A stretch of DNA of 64,000 bases from Clostridia bacterium (GCA_029007095.1 JAQXHF010000050.1:1061-65060); one strand, 5' to 3'; shown: positions 16,627 through 27,196, counted from the stretch's first letter. The notes: generated by a model from the letters alone, not told the origin. Translations and numbers: made by a program.

Positions 16627-16768
16627 TAGTATAAAACATAAAAATATTTATATTTTACACTTTAAAGTAATTATATAGGGTTCTTACTGTTTTCAATACC
16701 GAAGAACCCCATTATTGTATTATACGGTTTTATACGGTCTTCGCTTTTTTTACATCCCCTTTTAATAT

Positions 16769-17380
16769 TTAATCGTTTTCTGTAATGAGCGTTCTAACTC
16801 TTAAAGGAATTTGCATTTCGTCAGCGATTTTCTGACATTCTGTGATTTCTTCCTTTGTAATTATATCAACAACGGTAAACTTGACCGTGGGAATGTATTT
16901 TTTACATTCTTTTGCGAAATTAAGCAAAGACGAATACGATTCTTTGCCGAATTTAGGGCGAGAAACCTCTGCATAGCGTTCAGCCGACGGAGCGTTAAGG
17001 CTTATCGAAACGGTGTCGACTATTCCTTTAAGCAAAGGCGCAACTGATTTACCGTTTATCAGGTCGGCAAGGCCGTTAGTGTTGAGCCTGATTTTAATAT
17101 CATATTTTGATTTGAGATATTCTGCGCTTTTGATAAGGTTATCAAGAGCCTGAGTCGGTTCTCCGTAACCGCAGTAAATGACTTCTTTATACGGCGAAAA
17201 ATCAAACTTGTCGATTTCCGCTTTGATTTCGTCGATAGTGGGATCTTTTGAGAGCCAAAGCGAATCGGCAGAGCCTAAACCGTCGCCGTTGCTTCGTATG
17301 CAGAATGTGCAGGAGCAGGGACATTTATTGGTAATGTTCATATAGACGCTGCCGCCGTAGGTGTAAACAATGTCAGCCAT
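16769..17380 (-). CDS. Small radical SAM protein (resembles the TatD-associated radical SAM family)
   Basis: MADIVYTYGGSVYMNITNKCPCSCTFCIR... includes CX3CX2C. About 200 aa. GYGEP motif present. Confidence 0.65.
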   Translation of the reverse strand: MADIVYTYGGSVYMNITNKCPCSCTFCIRSNGDGLGSADSLWLSKDPTIDEIKAEIDKFDFSPYKEVIYCGYGEPTQALDNLIKSAEYLKSKYDIKIRLNTNGLADLINGKSVAPLLKGIVDTVSISLNAPSAERYAEVSRPKFGKESYSSLLNFAKECKKYIPTVKFTVVDIITKEEITECQKIADEMQIPLRVRTLITEND

Positions 17381-17382
17381 AA

Positions 17383-17952
17383 TTAAAAACTCCTTAACTT
17401 TGATTTAATGTTGATTTTATCAAGAGCAACCGCGAGTACGAAGAAAACAACCGCACTTCCTGCCGCCTGAATGACATTTCCGACGAGGCAGTATGTTGCC
17501 GAAACCCACGGAGTTGCACTGAAAAAGTAGCTTGTGAATTGTGAAAAGCTTGCGGTAGAACCGAGAGCAACGATTACAACCTCAGCTATGTAATAGCCGA
17601 TAACCGTTATCGCAGAGCCGATTGCGACAGCGACGCAGTTGCGTACATTGAGAATCTTGTCTTTCTTCGATGTGAAGGAGGGAACAAGGAGAGCCTTGAT
17701 GATAAGAGTGGGCAGTATATACATAGTATAACCGCCGATAGCATCCGAAAGCATACCGCCGATTCCGGCGCTGAGCATAGCGAGCGGAGTCGGAAGAAGA
17801 CAGGCGGCAATATATATCATAGCGTCACCGAGATGAATGTATCCGTTGTGCGACGGAATTTTTACAAAATATGTCAGCGCAAAGGTCATAGCCGCAAACA
17901 GAGAAGCGAGAATAATTTGTCTTAGCAATGTTTTTTCGTTGTTTTTTTTCAT
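17383..17952 (-). CDS. ECF-transporter S (substrate-capture) component, substrate unknown
   Basis: About 190 aa with six hydrophobic helices. ...YIHLGDAMIYIAACLLP...GGMLSDAIGG... is typical of ECF S components. It sits 2 nt upstream of the rSAM gene. Confidence 0.65.
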   Translation of the reverse strand: MKKNNEKTLLRQIILASLFAAMTFALTYFVKIPSHNGYIHLGDAMIYIAACLLPTPLAMLSAGIGGMLSDAIGGYTMYILPTLIIKALLVPSFTSKKDKILNVRNCVAVAIGSAITVIGYYIAEVVIVALGSTASFSQFTSYFFSATPWVSATYCLVGNVIQAAGSAVVFFVLAVALDKINIKSKLRSF

Positions 17953-18073
17953 AAATGAATTCAGCCTTTCTTTGACAAGAACTTGTCTTTTTTGATTTGT
18001 TGGTATATAATATACAATAAGTTTGTCATTATTAAAATAGACAAAAACAATAATTTTAACAAGGACAGTTTAT

Positions 18074-19411
18074 ATGAAAAAATTATTTTCATCATATTCC
18101 GACGAGCCGTTATATATACAGTTATATATGTATTATCGAGATATGATAATTAACGGTGAAATAAAAAGCGGTGATAAGCTGCCGTCCGTCAGGAAGTGCG
18201 CGCTTGAATACGGTATAAGCAAGATGACGGTTGAAAACGCGTATATGCAGCTTGTGTCCGAGGGATATATCTATGCCAAAAGTCAAAGCGGCTATTATGT
18301 GAGCAAAATTTCGGACCTTGCCGATAACGGTGAATATGACCGACTGCGTACAGAAAACATTAACTCGAACAATGCGGTGAATGAACCGACGGTATCGGCG
18401 GCAGAGAATGAATGTTTTAATTTTAAGCTTTGGCAGAAATATGTCAAAAATGCTCTGCGGTGTGAGGACAGACTGCTGACATACGGAGAATATCAGGGAG
18501 AGCGTGATTTGCGTGAGGCGCTCAGCGAATACGCGAGCAAACAGAGGGGCGTTGTATGCAGCGCCGACGATATAGTTGTTGGCGCGGGAGTTCAGAACCT
18601 GCTTCAACTCCTGTGCAATCTTGACGCGGACAAAGGCACAGTCCTTTTTACAGGTACGCCGTTTATTCAGGGACGCACGGTTTTTGAGGATTACGGATAT
18701 GAGGTAACTGACAGTAAGGCTCGCGCTCGGGAGGGCAAGCTTAATTTTATATATACATCGCCGTCAAGGTCAAACAAATTTAATTCAGTTATGAATATTT
18801 CCGACAGGATAGATATGCTGAATTTTGCGGTGGAGCGCGGAAGCATTGTTATAGAAGATGATTATGACAGCGAATTTTGCTATTTTGCCCGTCCCGTCCC
18901 GTCGTTACAGGGCCTTGACAGGGGAGAGAATGTTGCATATATCGGTACATTTTCTAAGTTGTTGCTGCCGTCAATCCGAATAAGCTTTATGGTATTGCCG
19001 CAGAAGTTGCGTGAAAAATATTCCGAGAGAGGCAGATTTTACAATCAGACGGCTTCAAAGACAGAGCAGATTGCGCTTGCGAGGTATATAACCGACGGGA
19101 AGCTTGTAACCCAGATACGCAAGGCGAGAAAGCATTACGAGAGTAAAGCTGAGCAAATTATCGACGAAATTGAAAAGCAAACAAATCCGTTAAAGGTCGG
19201 TATAAGCGATTCGGGATTTATGCTGTGGTTTGAATACGAAACTGTAAATACGGCGGCTGAAATCGAAAGGAATTTATGCGAAAAAAACATTAAAATCAAG
19301 CAAATTGAGCAGATTGACCAAAATAGAGTTAGATTATTTGTAAATTCCACTACAATAAATATTGATGAAATTGGAAATTTTGTAAATTTTATAAAAAATA
19401 CACTAACTTGA
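18074..19411 (+). CDS. MocR/PdxR-type regulator (GntR HTH fused to an aminotransferase-like PLP domain)
   Basis: N-terminal PLYIQLYMYYRDMIINGEIKSGDKLPSVRKCALEYGISKMTVENAYMQLVSEGYI (GntR wHTH). The C-terminal ~330 aa has a fold-type-I aminotransferase pattern including ...YIGTFSKLLLPSIRISF. Confidence 0.85.
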   Translation: MKKLFSSYSDEPLYIQLYMYYRDMIINGEIKSGDKLPSVRKCALEYGISKMTVENAYMQLVSEGYIYAKSQSGYYVSKISDLADNGEYDRLRTENINSNNAVNEPTVSAAENECFNFKLWQKYVKNALRCEDRLLTYGEYQGERDLREALSEYASKQRGVVCSADDIVVGAGVQNLLQLLCNLDADKGTVLFTGTPFIQGRTVFEDYGYEVTDSKARAREGKLNFIYTSPSRSNKFNSVMNISDRIDMLNFAVERGSIVIEDDYDSEFCYFARPVPSLQGLDRGENVAYIGTFSKLLLPSIRISFMVLPQKLREKYSERGRFYNQTASKTEQIALARYITDGKLVTQIRKARKHYESKAEQIIDEIEKQTNPLKVGISDSGFMLWFEYETVNTAAEIERNLCEKNIKIKQIEQIDQNRVRLFVNSTTINIDEIGNFVNFIKNTLT

Positions 19412-19559
19412 ACCGAAAAAATCTACACCCAAAAATATGAAAAAAGTATTTACAAATTATAATTTTTTTGATAAGATTAACATAAGCCTAAGTATGGGGA
19501 TTTGTGCAGGTATGCAATCTGCATAGATTACGGCAATAACATAGGAGGTGTTTCTTACC

Positions 19560-22500
19560 ATGAAACAGTCTAAGAAGCTTTTGTGCGTTCTGCTCTCAAT
19601 GCTCATTATGATGACTGCATTGACCGTAGGTGCGAGCGCATATAAAACCGCCTATCTTTATCCTGAGGGATACGACTCGATCAACGATCCTTATTGGAAT
19701 AAAGATCAGGCTTCTACCGCTTTCCTCGATTATATCGATGACTTCCTTGCGGGAGCCAATGTTCACGAGAGCTATGCGGGAATTGATATTGAAATTTATT
19801 CTCTTGATTCTACTTTCGACACTCTCAAAGGAATCAGAGAAGGCGCTATTTGGGGACTCAGAGGTCTTTGCGGTGACATCGCTGACCTTGACCTCAGTAT
19901 TCCCAAAAACAGCAGTATCAGAAGAACTTCAACAACTATGAGTGATAACGAGTTCTTCTTCTATGTTCTCAGTTTCTTCGCAAGCAATGCCGATCCGCTC
20001 TATAAAATAGCGGACAATACACTTGACCTCGGTGTTATCGGATGGTTCCTCGATATCGGCGATATGATTAAGAGCAATATGCCGACTATCGACCTTAACG
20101 ACCTCCACGGCTCTATTAACGGTATTCTTTACGAAACACTCAACGGTTCAAGAGACGGATTTGACGCTTCAACCGCAAGACTTGACGACATTCTTCAAAC
20201 TTTTGTCAACAGTAATTGCGTAACCGTCATCTGCAATATGTTTGCCGACGCAGAAACCGGCGAAAATACTGTTGCGTCTTTCCTCGGATTGCCTTTGAAC
20301 GCTGACGGTACTATTAACGGAAACTTCGGTTTGCTTGACCTTTGTCCGAGCTTGAGCGCGGATAAGATTGATATTACCAAGGTTTCTCTCTATGAGCTTG
20401 TTGAGAATTTGGTAGGCGCTCTTGTTGATGACCTTATCGTTCCTCTTGCCGGCGGATTGCTCATGGATTTGCTCAAAATTGATCCGGAAAATCCCGATGA
20501 TCCGAATATGGCGTATGTTGATATGGTTATATCTCTGTTCCTCACCGCCGATTATGTCGGACTTCCCGAGGACGCTTCGGCAGACGAGATTATGACGGCG
20601 TTTATGACGATGAAGGGCGTTGAGAACCCCGAAAATCCGAAGCCGCTCGACAAACTCAATGTCGGTATCGAATATATTCTTAAAGAAGGTATCACTCAGT
20701 ACATCTACTTCGAGGAAGACGGACAGGGCGGTAAATACCTTACTCTCGCTCCGTCGCTTGCAGGACAGATTACTAACCTTATAAAAACTGTTGTTCCTTT
20801 GCTTCCGACTTTCTGGGATGACGCCCCCGTACTTTCTCAGGAAGAGCTTGACGCATTTAACGCAATGGGCGACGAGGAAACATTTGCTTATACCGTTCAG
20901 ATTATTTTGAGCGCAGTAACAGATGATATCGTTTTCCCGACTAACTGTAAGACCATTAAGGAACTTGCAACATATACTCTTATAGGTATCGCTGAGGATT
21001 ACTGCCCGAACATTGATTTCGAGGCAAAAATCGCTTCCGGTGAGATTGTTCCGAATTCGGACGATTGCCTTGATGTTGCGGCTGTTCTTCTTCGCTACTA
21101 TATGGTAGGTACGGTTAATATCATAGTTCCCGACGAGGAGCCTACATTTGAGGAGCTTCTCAATTATCTGATGGATTATGCTATTGATTTGATCGGCGGT
21201 CTTTTCAATGTTTACCCCAACGAAGGCGATAAAGAAACCTATGCCGACAATCCGTGGTATAAGATATATATGACGGTCTGCCAGTGGCTTCCGCTTCAAA
21301 CAATGTTCTACGGTACAGAGGATTCATGGATGGGCCTCAGAGAGCTTATCATGGACAGAATACTTAACAATATTCTTGACTTCAATCTTCAAGGAATTCT
21401 CTCCCTTATCGGTAAGCGTCTCGATTCCGGAATGGCAAAACCGTTCTCTCAGATGGTCTGCGACCTCCTTGCCCGTATAGTTAACGGTCTGTTTGACCTC
21501 GCTCCCGAAATGAGTACCGATGTTACAGACAATGCTCAGCAGAAAGCTCTTATCATTCCTTACGGCTATTCTATGGTAGATATGCTTATAACGAATGTTA
21601 ACTCTGAGGGCGCATATAACGGAACAGGTCTGAAAAACACAGTCAAGATGCTTCTGACCTATCTTCCGAACATTGCCGACGGCGACGACGCACTCCTTAG
21701 AAATTCACTTCCTCTGGTTTGCAGTCTTATCGGTATCCTTGATAAAGATAACAACTCTTATATCAAGACGCTTTATCGTAAGAATTCCTCTGCGGGAATG
21801 TCTTACAGTATCAAACAGCTCAAAGAGCTTTATAACGAAAAAGCGTTTATAGTAGATGAAACTAAGAACTACTATGATGACAGCTATGTTTATTATGAAA
21901 TGGTTGACTATGCACCGTGGGCATACAACGAGTACGAGGACATCGTTGACGACGCAAAGAAGATTATAGATCAGTATGACGCGGCAAAGGCGGATCCCGA
22001 CAACAATACTTTCCCGTCAAGATCCGATATTACTTATGCTTACTTTGCACTTGATAATTACTATGATGTTCTTATCTCCAATCAGACTTTGACATCTGAT
22101 TATCAGTTCTCCAAGGTTTATAACAGTGTTCTTGCTGCAAACTATACTAATGTAAATGATGACGGTTCGCAGAAGTACACAGACAGAACATGGAAAGCTT
22201 ACGAACACGCTCTTGCTTTTGCACAGCAGGTTCGCGCGGAGTATGACAGCTATGCAAGCAAAGGCGTACTTAGCGATTATCAGCAGTCCAAGGTTAATAT
22301 GGCTAAGAATAAGCTCCGTGCAGCAGTAAATAATCTTAAAGCTTATTGCGGACTTGCAGATTATACTGAGCTTGATACTAATGTTGAGCGTGTTGTTTAC
22401 GCGAGTGAGAGTCCCAGCGCATTCACAATGGAAAGCGTTATGGAAGTGCTGAAAGCTTATGACGCAGCGCTGAAACTTGACCGTGACTACGATATTGACG

Positions 22501-23120
22501 ATCAGAGAATTGTTGATATGTATTCAGACGCTCTTGATGAGGCTCTTGCAAATCTTCAGGTTGGCGCATATATCCAGCTTGAAAATACAGTTGACGATAC
22601 AAAGCAGTACATCGACTACAATACCGGATTCATCTTCGGCTTGCCTGAGAATTTCGCAAGTCAGGAAAAGATTGACGAGTGGGGCAGCTTCAGCGACTAC
22701 TTCTATGACTACGGTTATCAGGAGAACGGTGAAGACCTTGAAATTGCTTCGACTGCAAACGGTAACGGTACAGGTTCCAAGATAAAAATTATAGGCTATG
22801 ACGATAGCGGCAGAAATGTTGTACTCCGTGATTACACAGTAGTTATTTTCGGCGATGTTAACGGTGACGCATTCGTTGACGCTCAGGACGCAGTTATAAT
22901 GAGAGCTTACGCTTCGTTTGCTCTTGATTCCGAATTCGCTCCCGATAGCGTTGTTTTCGCAGGCGATGTTGACTATAATAATATCCTTGGTATAGGCGAC
23001 GCAAAGATGATTGAGAAAGCCGGACTTAAAAAGTCAGGTTCTGAAATCAATCAGTCTCCTGAGCAGTTCATGCAGGATGAATACACATTTATGTCAATCT
23101 ACGAAGCTAATTTCAAATAA
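19560..23120 (+). CDS. Large secreted dockerin-bearing protein of unknown function (FIVAR-like helical repeats, then a C-terminal type-I dockerin)
   Basis: RBS AGGAGG then ATG 19560. Signal peptide ...TALTVGASA. C-terminal GDVNGDAFVDAQDAVIMRAY...AGDVDYNNILGIGDAKMIEKA is a duplicated Ca-binding dockerin repeat. Confidence 0.8.
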   Translation: MKQSKKLLCVLLSMLIMMTALTVGASAYKTAYLYPEGYDSINDPYWNKDQASTAFLDYIDDFLAGANVHESYAGIDIEIYSLDSTFDTLKGIREGAIWGLRGLCGDIADLDLSIPKNSSIRRTSTTMSDNEFFFYVLSFFASNADPLYKIADNTLDLGVIGWFLDIGDMIKSNMPTIDLNDLHGSINGILYETLNGSRDGFDASTARLDDILQTFVNSNCVTVICNMFADAETGENTVASFLGLPLNADGTINGNFGLLDLCPSLSADKIDITKVSLYELVENLVGALVDDLIVPLAGGLLMDLLKIDPENPDDPNMAYVDMVISLFLTADYVGLPEDASADEIMTAFMTMKGVENPENPKPLDKLNVGIEYILKEGITQYIYFEEDGQGGKYLTLAPSLAGQITNLIKTVVPLLPTFWDDAPVLSQEELDAFNAMGDEETFAYTVQIILSAVTDDIVFPTNCKTIKELATYTLIGIAEDYCPNIDFEAKIASGEIVPNSDDCLDVAAVLLRYYMVGTVNIIVPDEEPTFEELLNYLMDYAIDLIGGLFNVYPNEGDKETYADNPWYKIYMTVCQWLPLQTMFYGTEDSWMGLRELIMDRILNNILDFNLQGILSLIGKRLDSGMAKPFSQMVCDLLARIVNGLFDLAPEMSTDVTDNAQQKALIIPYGYSMVDMLITNVNSEGAYNGTGLKNTVKMLLTYLPNIADGDDALLRNSLPLVCSLIGILDKDNNSYIKTLYRKNSSAGMSYSIKQLKELYNEKAFIVDETKNYYDDSYVYYEMVDYAPWAYNEYEDIVDDAKKIIDQYDAAKADPDNNTFPSRSDITYAYFALDNYYDVLISNQTLTSDYQFSKVYNSVLAANYTNVNDDGSQKYTDRTWKAYEHALAFAQQVRAEYDSYASKGVLSDYQQSKVNMAKNKLRAAVNNLKAYCGLADYTELDTNVERVVYASESPSAFTMESVMEVLKAYDAALKLDRDYDIDDQRIVDMYSDALDEALANLQVGAYIQLENTVDDTKQYIDYNTGFIFGLPENFASQEKIDEWGSFSDYFYDYGYQENGEDLEIASTANGNGTGSKIKIIGYDDSGRNVVLRDYTVVIFGDVNGDAFVDAQDAVIMRAYASFALDSEFAPDSVVFAGDVDYNNILGIGDAKMIEKAGLKKSGSEINQSPEQFMQDEYTFMSIYEANFK

Positions 23121-23178
23121 TATGTTTGAAATAAATTGAAAACGGTATCTTGCATAACTTAAAATAATTTAACAAAAA

Positions 23179-23209
23179 CAGGCTTGTGTGTGAAAGCACA
23201 TAAGCCTGT
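23179..23209 (+). terminator. Terminator after the dockerin-protein gene
   Basis: CAGGCTTGTGTG-tgaaag-CACATAAGCCTG stem-loop followed by a T-rich run. Confidence 0.6.
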
Positions 23210-23412
23210 CTTATTTGCAGAAGCATTTGATAAATATACAAAAATTTTGAATATAAATGAATATTGTTGCGCGTAAAAATAGGTTTATAATTGTAATAAT
23301 TCTGATTTCAGTTGAAATGTGTAGATTTAACAGTTAATTTGCATATAAATTTTTTTAAAAGTAAATAAGCTTTATGCAAGCTAACAAAATAAGAAATATT
23401 TACAAAAATTGC

Positions 23413-23441
23413 TTGCATATTTATTCATTTCGTGTTAGTAT
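23413..23441 (+). promoter_or_regulatory. Putative argG promoter overlapped by an ARG-box-like operator (23414-23427)
   Basis: TTGCAT (23413-23418), 17-nt spacer, TGtTAGTAT (23433-23441). TGCATATTTATTCA matches the ARG-box core TGAATwwwwATTCA with one mismatch. TGCATA recurs in 23340-23470. Confidence 0.4.
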
Positions 23442-23484
23442 ATATGCATAAAAGCAAGCAAGATTGCATATCGGAGGTATAAAT

Positions 23485-24714
23485 ATGAATAAGAAAGATA
23501 TTAAAAAAGTTGTTCTTGCCTATTCGGGCGGACTTGACACATCAATCATTATCCCTTGGTTAAAGGAAAATTACAACAACTGCGAGGTTATTGCTGTTTC
23601 CGGTAATGTCGGTCAGGCAAGCGAGCTTGAAGGACTTGAAGAGAAAGCTATCAAGACCGGCGCTTCTAAAATTTATATTGAGGATCTTACAAAGGATTTC
23701 CTTGACAACTATGTTTTCCCCTGTGTTCAGGCAGGCGCTAAATATGAAGATTATCTTCTCGGTACCGCATTCGCTCGTCCTGCAATCGCAAAGAGACTTG
23801 CTGAGATTGCTGTGACTGAGGGCGCAGACGCTATTTGCCACGGTTGCACAGGTAAGGGCAACGACCAGGTAAGATTTGAACTTGCTATTAAGGCATTCGC
23901 TCCCGATATGCCGATAATCGCTCCTTGGAGAGAGTGGGATATCAAATCCCGTGAGGAGGAGATTGAATACGCCGAGGCTCATAATGTACCTCTTAAAATA
24001 AACAGAGAGACAAACTATTCTAAGGATAAGAACCTTTGGCATCTTTCACACGAAGGTCTTGACCTTGAAGATCCTGCAAATGAGCCGCTTTATAATAAGG
24101 AAGGCTTCCTTGAAATGGGCGTTTCTCCGGAAATGGCTCCCGATAAGCCGACCTATGTTAAGATTCACTTTGAAAAGGGTGTTCCGACAGCGATTGACGG
24201 TGAGGAGATGGATTCCGTCGCTCTTGTAACAAAGCTTAATGAGCTTGGCGGTGCAAACGGTATCGGCTTGCTTGATATTGTTGAAAACAGACTTGTAGGT
24301 ATGAAATGCCGTGGCGTTTATGAGACTCCGGGCGGCACAATCCTTTACAAGGCTCACGAGGTACTTGAAACAATCACTCTCGACAAAGAGACCGCACATT
24401 ATAAGGCTCTTGTTGCACATAAGCTTGCTGAGCTTGTTTACAACGCACAGTGGTTCTCACCGCTCACTCAGGCTATACTTGCTTTTGTTAAGGAAACTCA
24501 GAAAACAGTTACCGGTGATGTAACTCTCAAACTCTACAAGGGTAATATGATAAACGCAGGAGTTACTTCTCCGTATTCACTCTACGATCCTGAGATTGCA
24601 ACATTTGATGAGGATAATGTTTACAATCAGGCTGATTCGGCAGGATTTATCAATCTCTACGGACTGCCGATCAAGGTTCAGGCTAAGATGAAGGCTAAGA
24701 ATAATCTTAAATAA
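23485..24714 (+). CDS. argG: Argininosuccinate synthase
   Basis: [20 protein letters not shown]...[15 protein letters not shown]... are hallmark motifs. RBS GGAGG. Confidence 0.95.
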   Translation: MNKKDIKKVVLAYSGGLDTSIIIPWLKENYNNCEVIAVSGNVGQASELEGLEEKAIKTGASKIYIEDLTKDFLDNYVFPCVQAGAKYEDYLLGTAFARPAIAKRLAEIAVTEGADAICHGCTGKGNDQVRFELAIKAFAPDMPIIAPWREWDIKSREEEIEYAEAHNVPLKINRETNYSKDKNLWHLSHEGLDLEDPANEPLYNKEGFLEMGVSPEMAPDKPTYVKIHFEKGVPTAIDGEEMDSVALVTKLNELGGANGIGLLDIVENRLVGMKCRGVYETPGGTILYKAHEVLETITLDKETAHYKALVAHKLAELVYNAQWFSPLTQAILAFVKETQKTVTGDVTLKLYKGNMINAGVTSPYSLYDPEIATFDEDNVYNQADSAGFINLYGLPIKVQAKMKAKNNLK

Positions 24715-24733
24715 TTTCGGAGTTAGATATATT

Positions 24734-26113
24734 ATGGAAAAGATGTGGGCAGGAAGATTTGCCAAGGCTCTCGACAAGGAGGCTGACGACTTTAATTCGT
24801 CAATCCACTTCGACTGCAAAATGTATAAGCAGGATATAACCGGTTCTATGAAGCATGCGGCTATGCTTGCCATGCAGGGAATAATCAGTCAGGATGACTG
24901 CGACGAAATAGTTGACGGCTTACAGACGATTCTCGATGATTTGAACAGCGGCAAGCTTCAGTTTGATCCGGACGCCGAGGATATTCATATGTTTGTTGAG
25001 TCTGAACTGACGGCTCGCATCGGTGATGTCGGCAAACGACTTCATACCGCGAGAAGCAGAAACGATCAGGTTGCGCTTGATATACGCCTTTACCTGAGAG
25101 ATGAAACAAACGAGATAATCGAGCTTATTAAAAATCTTCTCAGCGCTATTCTTGTCCAAGCTAAGGCTAATAAAAGCACAATAATGCCGGGATATACGCA
25201 TCTTCAACGCGCACAGCCGATAACTTTCGCACATCAGATTTTGGCATACGCGATGATGTTCACGAGGGATATCGACAGACTCAAAGACGCTCTGAAAAGG
25301 ATGAATTACTGTCCGCTCGGTTCGTGTGCGTTGTCGGGAACAACATATAATACCGACCGTGATTTTGTTGCAGAGCAGCTCGGATTTGACGGTATAACGC
25401 TTAACAGTATCGACGGCGTTTCCGACAGAGATTTTTGCGTTGAATTACTGAGCGCATACTCAACAGTAATGATGCATTTATCCCGTTTTTCTGAGGAAAT
25501 TATCCTTTGGTCAAGCTGGGAATTTAAGTTCATTGAGCTGGACGACAGTTATACGACCGGTTCGAGCATTATGCCGCAGAAGAAAAATCCCGATATGGCT
25601 GAGCTTGTCCGCGGTAAAACCGGCAGAGTTTACGGCGATTTGGTTACGATGCTCACGGCTTTGAAAGGTCTTCCGCTTGCATACAACAAGGATATGCAGG
25701 AGGATAAGGAGTGTATCTTTGACGCGATTGAAACCGTTAAAAAGTGTCTGAAAGTTTTTGCCCCGATGATAGAAACAATGAATGTTTTGGCGGACAATAT
25801 GTATTCGGCGGCACAAAAGGGATTCATCAATGCGACCGACCTTGCCGATTACCTGACAAAGAAAGGTATGCCTTTCAGAAGCGCATACAAAATTGTTGGT
25901 CAGATAGTAGCCGAATGTATATCAAAGGGTATCGTGCTTGACACAATGCCGATTGAGGACTATCGCAAACACAGTGAGCTTTTTGACGAGGATTTGTATA
26001 ACGAAATTTCACTTGAAACCTGTGTTGAAAAGAGAATTTCGGCAGGCGGAACGGGAAAAGCCTCGGTAGAAAAGCAAATTGAATATATCAGCGAATTTAT
26101 AGATAAAAATTAA
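24734..26113 (+). CDS. argH: Argininosuccinate lyase
   Basis: MWAGRF...TARSRNDQVALD...GSSIMPQKKNPD (fumarate-lyase signature). Confidence 0.95.
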   Translation: MEKMWAGRFAKALDKEADDFNSSIHFDCKMYKQDITGSMKHAAMLAMQGIISQDDCDEIVDGLQTILDDLNSGKLQFDPDAEDIHMFVESELTARIGDVGKRLHTARSRNDQVALDIRLYLRDETNEIIELIKNLLSAILVQAKANKSTIMPGYTHLQRAQPITFAHQILAYAMMFTRDIDRLKDALKRMNYCPLGSCALSGTTYNTDRDFVAEQLGFDGITLNSIDGVSDRDFCVELLSAYSTVMMHLSRFSEEIILWSSWEFKFIELDDSYTTGSSIMPQKKNPDMAELVRGKTGRVYGDLVTMLTALKGLPLAYNKDMQEDKECIFDAIETVKKCLKVFAPMIETMNVLADNMYSAAQKGFINATDLADYLTKKGMPFRSAYKIVGQIVAECISKGIVLDTMPIEDYRKHSELFDEDLYNEISLETCVEKRISAGGTGKASVEKQIEYISEFIDKN

Positions 26114-26181
26114 AATAATCCTAATCGTTTAGGGCGGAGCAAAATCCGCCCTTTACAGGTTGTTGCAGAAAAGGTGATTTT

Positions 26182-27165
26182 ATGGTTAACTTAAAAGGCA
26201 GAGATTTCCTGAAGCTTTTGGATTTCACAAGCGAGGAGATAGAGTATCTTATCGACTACGCCGCTGAGCTTAAAGCTCAGAAAAAAGCAGGTCAGAAGCA
26301 TAGAATTCATGAGGGTAAAAATGTTGCCCTGATTTTTGAAAAAACAAGCACAAGAACAAGATGCAGCTTCGAGGTTGCGGCGAGCGACCTCGGAATGGGC
26401 TCAACTTATCTTGCCGAGGGTTCGCAAATAGGAAAGAAAGAGAGCATTGCCGATACCGCAAGAGTTCTCAGCTCAATGTTTGACGGTATCGAGTACCGCG
26501 GCTACGGTCAGGAAATAGTCGAGGAGCTTGCTAAATACTCCTCTGTCCCCGTGTGGAACGGACTTACAAATGAATTTCATCCGACTCAGATTTTGGCTGA
26601 TTTTCTTACGATTAAGGAACATTTCGGATATCTCAAAGGTATCAATTTTGTTTATATGGGTGACGCAAGGTACAATATGGGCAATTCTCTGATGGTTGGC
26701 TGTGCAAAAATGGGATTGAATTTTACCGCGTGTGCGCCTAAAAAATACTTCCCTGACGAAAAGTTGATTGCAGAGTGCGAAAAAATCGCGGCTCAGACGG
26801 GCAGTAAGCTCAGCTTTATCGAAAATCCGATGGAAGCGGTAAAGAACGCGAATGTAATCTACACCGATGTATGGGTTTCAATGGGCGAGCCGATAGAGGT
26901 ATGGCAGGAGAGAATAGACGATCTTGCTCCGTATCAGGTCAATAAGCCGCTGATGGACGCGGCAGATGAAAACTGCGTATTTATGCATTGTCTGCCTGCA
27001 TACCACGACCATAAAACCGCGGTCGGCAAGGAAATGGGCGAAAAATTCAACCGTGAAGCTATGGAAGTAACCGATGAGGTTTTTGAAAGTGAAAAATCCA
27101 TAGTATTCCAAGAAGCGGAAAACAGAATGCACACCATAAAGGCGGTAATGGCAGCTACGCTTTGA
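26182..27165 (+). CDS. argF: Ornithine carbamoyltransferase
   Basis: [22 protein letters not shown] motifs. About 327 aa. Confidence 0.9.
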   Translation: MVNLKGRDFLKLLDFTSEEIEYLIDYAAELKAQKKAGQKHRIHEGKNVALIFEKTSTRTRCSFEVAASDLGMGSTYLAEGSQIGKKESIADTARVLSSMFDGIEYRGYGQEIVEELAKYSSVPVWNGLTNEFHPTQILADFLTIKEHFGYLKGINFVYMGDARYNMGNSLMVGCAKMGLNFTACAPKKYFPDEKLIAECEKIAAQTGSKLSFIENPMEAVKNANVIYTDVWVSMGEPIEVWQERIDDLAPYQVNKPLMDAADENCVFMHCLPAYHDHKTAVGKEMGEKFNREAMEVTDEVFESEKSIVFQEAENRMHTIKAVMAATL

Positions 27166-27196
27166 TTTGTAGGGATAAATAAATTCTGAAAATTTG

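Noticed and set aside
20169-21299. 376-aa minus-strand ORF
   Set aside because: It is antisense to the dockerin-protein gene, which has a signal peptide, an RBS and a dockerin. It has no start context and an odd composition.
26131-26152. Hairpin AGGGCGGA-gcaaaa-TCCGCCCT between argH and argF as a terminator
   Set aside because: It has a good stem but no T-tract follows (ttacagg). It is more likely an mRNA-stabilising or processing stem within an argGHF transcript.
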